Source of the DNA: Elusimicrobiota bacterium
GTDB lineage: Bacteria; Elusimicrobiota; Elusimicrobia; F11
Length of the DNA stretch: 64,000 nt
Direction: 5' to 3'
NCBI GenBank assembly: GCA_046153645.1
Contig: JBJXGI010000042.1
Span: 64,001-128,000, forward strand
A program made the position numbers and the translations under genes. This document shows positions 57,885-64,000 of this stretch, in pieces (positions within the stretch are counted from its first letter, which is position 1; each line of letters opens with the position of its first letter). A model generated the notes under the pieces. That model was not told the origin of the DNA and did no database searches. It worked only from the letters and a program-made list of their open reading frames with translations.

Positions 57885-59369
57885 ATGATGAAAACGATGA
57901 AACCTTACAAAAGTTTTCTGATTTATTTGAGTTATACATTATTTATTTTCTCTCAATTATTATCCGCGTCAGATTCAAAAGACGCCTCAATCCATCCCAT
58001 TTCAATTGAAGAATTCACAAAAAAAGCTCTCCAAAACAGTCGTCGATTTGAATCCGCAGTTGATTCTCTAGAAAGTTCTCGTTATGGACTTCTAGAAACG
58101 ACCCGAGGATTAACTTGGCCAACACTCTCAGCCTCTGCAGAAACCAATAAATCTTTCAGTGATAATGATCTGGGAAGCGAAACGACCACGAAATCAAATG
58201 AAGGCTCACTCAGCTTAACGCAGCCGGTACTGACCGGAACCCTTTTGTCTTTAAGCAGTACTTGGAGTCAGTCAGATGCTGACACAGAATATTTAAACGA
58301 CACAACCCATTCGAAAACTCGACTAAAACCAAGTTGGACAGCATCTATTAAACAACCTCTTTATATCTTTAATCGGAACAATTCACTGAGAACCAGAAAA
58401 CAAGCCCTTATTCAATGGGCCTCTAACCGTTCTAACTATCAAGCTGAATCACTGGGAATTGAATTTGATGCTCGTGTTACCTACTATAATTTACTTTTAT
58501 TACAGGAAAGCTCCGCCGTAGAAAAGAGAAAATTGGAATCAGCAAAACTTGTTTATAAAGTCACCAAAGCTTTGGTGAATGCTGGGAAATTAGCTGAAGT
58601 TGAATCAACCCGGGCTGACCTTCGTATGAATCGAGATTTGAGACGAATTCAGAATTCTGACTATAACTTAGAAAAAGCTTTCAATGAAGCACGCGACTTT
58701 ATTCGACTTCCCATCAACAGTAAAATTATTCTCACCTCAAAGTTAACCTATATTCCATTTACTTGGGATGAAAATGAACTCATCAAGATTGCCTTAGAAA
58801 ACAATCCGCAGTTATTAAACTCCAAACGGAACCTGGAACTTTCTGAAATAAATTTGGCCCAAACAAAAGAAAGCAATAAACTAAAACTAACAGCCAGCGG
58901 CTCATATTCCAAAACTCGAAATCGCTCAGACTTAAACGCGCCCCTCGATCCCTATTCGTGGACACTGGGCTTGGGTGCTACCTGGCCCTTATTTGATGCG
59001 ACTCAGACAAAACTGAATGTTAAGCAGAGCCAACTTTCTTTAAAAAACACCCATAGAAGCTACGAAAAACAAGAAAGCCAATTAAAAATTGATATCAAAA
59101 ATTCGGTCCTCGAAATTAAAAGAACAGAAACACAAATAAAAGAATTCGCCGAACAAAAAAAGAATGCGGAACAAAATGTAGAAGCCATGCGTCTTCAATA
59201 CAGAAATGGACTAACACGTCTCACCGATGTCTTTGACGCAGAAAACGAAATGCGGGATTTGGATTTAGAATACCTAAATTTACTCGTTAACTATAACCGC
59301 TCTAAGGATAATCTCAAAGTGCTTGTCGGCCTAGATTTTGAACAAGTTAATTTTGGAAATAAAAAATGA
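57885..59369 (+). CDS. TolC-family outer-membrane efflux protein
   Basis: Signal peptide; LTQP, YYNL, AL.NNP, WPLFD, Y.NGL...DV.DAE. Confidence 0.88.
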   Translation: MMKTMKPYKSFLIYLSYTLFIFSQLLSASDSKDASIHPISIEEFTKKALQNSRRFESAVDSLESSRYGLLETTRGLTWPTLSASAETNKSFSDNDLGSETTTKSNEGSLSLTQPVLTGTLLSLSSTWSQSDADTEYLNDTTHSKTRLKPSWTASIKQPLYIFNRNNSLRTRKQALIQWASNRSNYQAESLGIEFDARVTYYNLLLLQESSAVEKRKLESAKLVYKVTKALVNAGKLAEVESTRADLRMNRDLRRIQNSDYNLEKAFNEARDFIRLPINSKIILTSKLTYIPFTWDENELIKIALENNPQLLNSKRNLELSEINLAQTKESNKLKLTASGSYSKTRNRSDLNAPLDPYSWTLGLGATWPLFDATQTKLNVKQSQLSLKNTHRSYEKQESQLKIDIKNSVLEIKRTETQIKEFAEQKKNAEQNVEAMRLQYRNGLTRLTDVFDAENEMRDLDLEYLNLLVNYNRSKDNLKVLVGLDFEQVNFGNKK

Positions 59370-60421
59370 AAGTTATTCTAAAAACATTAGGAATTTTTTT
59401 CGTATGCGGTGTATTGCTCGGACTCAATTTTTATAGAGACATAAAAAACACATCAACAAAAATGAAATGGTTTACAGTTGAACAAAAAAATCTTTATAGA
59501 GGAGTGGCATCTCCAGGAATTATTGAGGCTTTAAATATTAGCGTTATTAAATCCCAAGTTGACGAATTTGTTCAAAAAAAATGGGTAAACGAGGGTGATC
59601 CAGTAAAAAAAGGGCAAGTACTCATGGAATTAACTCAAGATAAAATTCGTATTGATTATGATCAAAGTCAACTAAACTACAACAACACTATTAATGAATA
59701 TAAAAAAGCTCTTAGAGAATTTACCATTCAAAAAAAGTTGTTTATGAGTAAAGCGGTTGCCAAAGCCCAAGTAGAAGAAGCTGAACGAAACGTAGAGAGA
59801 TCAAAATCAAGCAGAGATATTTCAGCGCAACAATTTAAATTAGTTGAAGAAAAATTAAAAAGTACCACAGTCTTAAGCCCGATAGATGGGATTGTTTTAA
59901 AAGATCATACCAAGCCCGATATTCCAATTACTTCCGGGAAAGAATTATTTACAATAGGCGACGTCTCTCAATTCATTGTTCGTACAAAAATAGATGAATT
60001 AGACATGAACCAAATTAAACTGGGCTTACCAACAGCAATACAAGTAGACGCCTTCCCCGATAAAAAAATAGAAGGTGTTGTTAAATCCATCGCTACTCAG
60101 GCAGAAAGAGAAGCTTTCGCGAAATTAGAAGTATTGATTGATATTGTTGATGATGGTGGCGTACAACTCAAACACAATCTTTCTGTAAAAACAATTATCA
60201 GAAGTGAAGAGATTCCCAATGCTATTGGGATTCCCGTTCCTGCCATTATTAGAAAAAAAGGAAATCAAGGATGGGTTTTAGTTAAAAATACATGGAACCT
60301 CATCCAAGAAAAAACCGTGGAATTAGGATCTCCTGCAGGAGAACTCATTGAAATTAAATCAGGACTTAAATCTGGAGATGAAGTAGGAATTCCTTCTATC
60401 GGTGAAGCGGATTTAAAATGA
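59366..60421 (+). CDS. MacA-like periplasmic adaptor (membrane fusion protein)
   Basis: V.EGD.VKKGQ, SPIDGIV, IDE.D, DAFP, SGLK.GD.V. Confidence 0.9.
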   Translation: MKVILKTLGIFFVCGVLLGLNFYRDIKNTSTKMKWFTVEQKNLYRGVASPGIIEALNISVIKSQVDEFVQKKWVNEGDPVKKGQVLMELTQDKIRIDYDQSQLNYNNTINEYKKALREFTIQKKLFMSKAVAKAQVEEAERNVERSKSSRDISAQQFKLVEEKLKSTTVLSPIDGIVLKDHTKPDIPITSGKELFTIGDVSQFIVRTKIDELDMNQIKLGLPTAIQVDAFPDKKIEGVVKSIATQAEREAFAKLEVLIDIVDDGGVQLKHNLSVKTIIRSEEIPNAIGIPVPAIIRKKGNQGWVLVKNTWNLIQEKTVELGSPAGELIEIKSGLKSGDEVGIPSIGEADLK

Positions 60422-61116
60422 CCTCTCCTGCTCTGGTCCTCAATAACATTTACAAAAAATTTTTAGCAGGCTCTCAAGAACAAGTTATTTTAAAAGGAAT
60501 AAATATCACCATTCATTTGGGAGAATATGTCGCCATTACAGGCCCCTCTGGTTCAGGAAAATCAACTCTCATGAATTTATTGGGTTGCTTAGACTTACCT
60601 TCTTCTGGTGAACTCTCTATGATGGGTGAAAATGTGTGCAATTTAAATGATAACAACCTTTCTGAGTTGAGAGCGAAAACGCTTGGCTTCGTATTTCAAC
60701 GATTTCATTTATTACCTCACTATGACGCCAGGAACAATGTTGCCCTCTCCATGGTTTATAGTGGTCGTTTAAATCGATTAGAACGCGCTGAAGAATTATT
60801 AACACAATTGGGGCTCGGACACCGACTTTATTCAAAACCTCAAACACTCTCAGGGGGTGAGCAACAAAGAGTTGCTATAGCCCGCGCACTTTCAAATGAC
60901 CCACCCATTTTATTAGCGGACGAACCCACAGGGGCTTTAGATCAAACCAATGGGAAAGCCATACTAAAAATATTTGACGATCTTAATCGTTTAGGCAGAA
61001 CCATTATTGTTGTGACTCATGACCCACATGTGGCTTCATGTGCAAAAAGAGTTATTAATATCGTCGATGGAAAAATTGAAAGAGACGTTTTAAACAAAAA
61101 TCATGGAACGCTTTAA
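60418..61116 (+). CDS. MacB/LolD-type ABC ATPase
   Basis: GPSGSGKST, LSGGEQQRVAIARAL, ADEPTGALD, VTHD. Confidence 0.95.
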   Translation: MTSPALVLNNIYKKFLAGSQEQVILKGINITIHLGEYVAITGPSGSGKSTLMNLLGCLDLPSSGELSMMGENVCNLNDNNLSELRAKTLGFVFQRFHLLPHYDARNNVALSMVYSGRLNRLERAEELLTQLGLGHRLYSKPQTLSGGEQQRVAIARALSNDPPILLADEPTGALDQTNGKAILKIFDDLNRLGRTIIVVTHDPHVASCAKRVINIVDGKIERDVLNKNHGTL

Positions 61117-62296
61117 AGAAGCTCTTGCAACTGCGTTTTTTAATCTCATTAACAATCCCATTCGATCGTTTTTATCCGTGTTAGGCGTGGTCATAGGAAT
61201 TGCAGCCGTGATATCCGTGTTAGCTGTCGGAGCTGGCGCTAGAAAAAAAATAATGGACAATATGGATAATCAAAGTGTATTAACTTTTTTCCTTTACACC
61301 AAATATGACGAAGCAACTTCTCGAATGGGGAAAATAGAGCCAAGTGATATCGAGAAGATAAAACAAGTTCCACTGGTTATCTCGGTTCTGCCTAACATTA
61401 ATTTATATCGAGAAATTAGAAGTAGAGAAAAATTAAACTATGTCACCATCAAAGGAATTGATGAGGAATATTTAAAATCAAAAAAATTTCAAATCCTCTA
61501 TGGAAGAAATATTTCTCCTATAGAAATGGAGCATCGTTCACCTGTATGTTTGATGAGTGAAGCGGCAACTCATTTATTTTTCCCTGAAGAAAACACTCTT
61601 TCTCAAAACATTTTTTTTAATGAAAACGCATTCCAAGTGATTGGTAGTTATAAACGAAGTGCGACAAAGAAAAGTAACTCCGAGGATCTCGAAATTTTGG
61701 TTCCTTACACTCTTCTTCTAAGAATGTCGCAAGATGTTTCTATTCAAAATCTGGAAATAACAATGAAACCAGAAGCTGGATTGGAAGCCAAGGATAGTTT
61801 ATTAGACGCTATGAGCAGAGGAGAAAAAGATTTAAAAAATCTCTTTTCCATCCGCGATGAAAAAGAAATTTACGAAAGAAGTCTTTCCATTCGGAAAACC
61901 ATGTCTATGGTGGGGGTTTTTGTCGCAGGCATATCTTTATTGGTTGGTGGAATTGGAATGATGAATGTTATGCTTACCTCTGTTGCAGAGCGAACCAGAG
62001 AAATTGGTTTACGAAGAGCTGTGGGTGCTCGAAAAAAAGATATTTTAATTCAATTTTTGGTGGAAAGTTGTGTTCTCAGTTCTCTTGGGGCTGGGCTTGG
62101 ATTATTATTGGGATCGGCTTTAACAAAAGGATTGCCTGTCATGATAAAGTCTCTCGAATCAGCAGCGCCAAAAATTGAAGTCAGTTATTTATGGTTGGCA
62201 GGAATTTGCGGCATGATCATGGGAATTGTTTTTGGACTTTACCCAGCTATCAAGGCCTCGAAGCTGTCTCCCGCTGAAGCGCTTCGGAGTGAATAA
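61103..62296 (+). CDS. MacB/FtsX-type ABC permease
   Basis: RSFLSVLGVVIG, ISLLVGGIGMMN..ERTREIG.R.AVGA, PA.KAS.L.P.EALR.E. Confidence 0.95.
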   Translation: MERFKEALATAFFNLINNPIRSFLSVLGVVIGIAAVISVLAVGAGARKKIMDNMDNQSVLTFFLYTKYDEATSRMGKIEPSDIEKIKQVPLVISVLPNINLYREIRSREKLNYVTIKGIDEEYLKSKKFQILYGRNISPIEMEHRSPVCLMSEAATHLFFPEENTLSQNIFFNENAFQVIGSYKRSATKKSNSEDLEILVPYTLLLRMSQDVSIQNLEITMKPEAGLEAKDSLLDAMSRGEKDLKNLFSIRDEKEIYERSLSIRKTMSMVGVFVAGISLLVGGIGMMNVMLTSVAERTREIGLRRAVGARKKDILIQFLVESCVLSSLGAGLGLLLGSALTKGLPVMIKSLESAAPKIEVSYLWLAGICGMIMGIVFGLYPAIKASKLSPAEALRSE

Positions 62297-62630
62297 CTTC
62301 TTTTAGTGCAGAAGACAAAGCACGGTCTAATTTACACCACTCCTTAATATAAAGACCATATAACTTTTGAGACCCTTCTTGTGTTTTCCATTTAACATCA
62401 CAAAGACAAATTGATTCATGCCCTTTATAATAAAGAATCACACTTAATATAGACCCGACAGGAACATTATAAGGAACTTTCAAACGCATTCCTTTCATTG
62501 ATACATCTAAAGCATGGCCTGCTACAACAGCTTCAAAAGGCGAAAAAACAGGATCGTCTCCAAGATTCAGTAAATCAACATTAAACTGTCCTTCAAACCT
62601 TGGGTGTTCACGTCGATTTTTTGGATCCAT
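62250..62630 (-). CDS. Stand-alone PilZ-domain c-di-GMP receptor
   Basis: RREHPR (RxxxR) and DVSMKG (DxSxxG); SD GGAGG favours ATG 62630. Confidence 0.88.
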   Translation of the reverse strand: MDPKNRREHPRFEGQFNVDLLNLGDDPVFSPFEAVVAGHALDVSMKGMRLKVPYNVPVGSILSVILYYKGHESICLCDVKWKTQEGSQKLYGLYIKEWCKLDRALSSALKEVIHSEALQRETASRP

Positions 62631-62663
62631 TCTACTGACCTCCTGATGAACTTTCATAATATC

Positions 62664-62699
62664 ACCATAATGGAAAGCCGTGACAAAAGCGTGACAAAA
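62664..62699 (-). promoter_or_regulatory. Pho-box-like direct repeat plus -10
   Basis: TTTTGTCACG repeated at 11-bp period; TTGTCAC-N10-TATGGT. Confidence 0.65.
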
Positions 62700-62734
62700 T
62701 TCTGAAATCTATGTGATAAAAAAAGGAGGTTTTA

Positions 62735-62803
62735 ATGATATTTATTAATTCAATCCATCATTTGGGTATGTTTTTATCAAAGGTTCATACTCGCTGGAAA
62801 TAA
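62735..62803 (+). CDS. Putative 22-aa small protein MIFINSIHHLGMFLSKVHTRWK
   Basis: Perfect SD AAGGAGGT 4 nt before the ATG; stop abuts the terminator hairpin. Confidence 0.4.
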   Translation: MIFINSIHHLGMFLSKVHTRWK

Positions 62804-62841
62804 AAAACTCCTCTTCATGTTTATATGAAGAGGAGTTTCTT
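62802..62841. terminator. Intrinsic terminator of gyrA, probably bidirectional
   Basis: aaactcctcttcat-gtttat-atgaagaggagttt with an A-run on the left and tttctt on the right. Confidence 0.88.
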
Positions 62842-62859
62842 ATGAAACTTAAAAAGAAA

Positions 62860-64000
62860 CTAGGCTTCTGCTACTTCTGAAACAACACTGGCCACGGCCG
62901 CGACTTTGTCTCCCTCTTGAATTCTCACCAAACGGACGCCTTGAGTATTCCTAGAAATAACCGATAAATCCTTACATTTAAGACGGATTGTAATTCCTTT
63001 TTCGGTCATGATCATGACATCATCTTCATCAGTCACCAGACGAATTCCAACAGCAGGGCCGTTGCGGTCAGTGGCTTTAATGGTAATAACTCCCTTTCCA
63101 CCTCGCGACTGATCACGATACTCTTGCAAGAAAGTTCGTTTACCAAAACCATTTTCACAAACAGTAAGTAAAGTTGTTTTCTTTTCTTGGGCAGCGTTTG
63201 TTACTTCCATACCCACAACCTGATCGTCCGCATCTAAACGGATGCCTCGAACACCACTGGCAGATCGTCCCATAGAACGAACTTCATCTTCAGGGAATCG
63301 AATAGCCATTCCAGATCGGGTGGCAAGCACAATATCTTGTTTACCATCTGTGTATTTAGCACCGATCATGACATCGCCTTCATCAAGACCCATGGCAATA
63401 ATTCCCGTCTTCCGGATACTATCGAATTCTGTAATTGGGGTTTTTTTGATTTGACCCGTTCTTGTGCACATTGTTAAAAACCCACCATCTTCATCTTTAA
63501 AAGATCGAATAGTAATACAGGCTGTTATTTTTTCATTGGCATCTACAGGAATAAAGTTAGCCAAAGCTTTTCCACGAGCAGTTCGTCCAGCATCAGGAAT
63601 TTCATAAACACGAATGCCATAGACTCTCCCTCGACTGGTAAACAAGAGGAGATGGGCTAAGGTACTTGTAATGAATATATGCTCAACAAAATCTTCTTCT
63701 TTGGTGGTCATACCTGTTAACCCTTTTCCACCGCGCGCTTGTGTACGATAAGTGTCGGCAGGCAAACGTTTGACATAGCCGGTATGAGAAATAGTAACAA
63801 CCACTTCTTCATCTTGAATAAGATCTTCGACATCAAATTCTTCAAATGAAGCTTGGATATCGGTACGTCGTTTATCACCAAATTTTTCTTTAAGAACCAA
63901 TAACTCATCTTTAATAATGGCTAATATTTTTTTGTTATCAGCCAAAATTCCTTTCAGACGGGCAATGGTTTTAATGAGTTCTTTATATTCATTTTCTAGC
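62860..64000 (-). CDS. gyrA: DNA gyrase subunit A, C-terminal part (starts beyond the window)
   Basis: GyrA-box QARGGKG, beta-pinwheel repeats, KFGDKRRT. Confidence 0.96.
   Translation of the reverse strand, partial: LENEYKELIKTIARLKGILADNKKILAIIKDELLVLKEKFGDKRRTDIQASFEEFDVEDLIQDEEVVVTISHTGYVKRLPADTYRTQARGGKGLTGMTTKEEDFVEHIFITSTLAHLLLFTSRGRVYGIRVYEIPDAGRTARGKALANFIPVDANEKITACITIRSFKDEDGGFLTMCTRTGQIKKTPITEFDSIRKTGIIAMGLDEGDVMIGAKYTDGKQDIVLATRSGMAIRFPEDEVRSMGRSASGVRGIRLDADDQVVGMEVTNAAQEKKTTLLTVCENGFGKRTFLQEYRDQSRGGKGVITIKATDRNGPAVGIRLVTDEDDVMIMTEKGITIRLKCKDLSVISRNTQGVRLVRIQEGDKVAAVASVVSEVAEA

Noticed and set aside
1..64000. CRISPR array, rRNA, IS or prophage genes
   Set aside because: No regularly spaced repeats, no long non-coding stretch, and no transposase, integrase or phage structural motifs were recognised.

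Overview
AT-rich bacterial chromosomal window from a diderm organism (secretin, TolC, O-antigen-ligase-like genes); phylum cannot be established from sequence alone. It runs from the 5' part of asd to the 3' part of gyrA. It contains housekeeping genes (asd, def, greA, tRNA-Ser(GCT), ybaB/ebfC, photolyase, lemA-TPM, M1 aminopeptidase, gyrA); a ~12 kb lipid-linked (GT-C type) glycosylation cluster with two PA14 proteins; a two-gene STAS/RsbW-like kinase module under a perfect sigma70 promoter overlaid by twin palindromes; a compact GspF-less T2SS-like operon that runs into an Xre-RES toxin-antitoxin pair and an NYN nuclease; a divergent 1297-aa exported protein; a second pilin-like cluster with two tandem ~1000-aa paralogous giant pilins; an adenylate cyclase; a Rho lacking its N-terminal RNA-binding domain; a VanX/YkuD fusion; and a MacAB-TolC-type operon headed by a receiver-Yip1 fusion. 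No integrase, transposase, CRISPR array or reverse transcriptase was seen. Best leads: the operator-controlled STAS-kinase module, the giant pilin pair, the truncated Rho with a N/Q/R/F-rich N-terminus, the REC-Yip1 efflux operon, a recurring 11-bp-period TTAA box, several apparently leaderless genes and two genes that seem to need non-canonical starts. All family calls come from motif recognition by eye, not from database searches.
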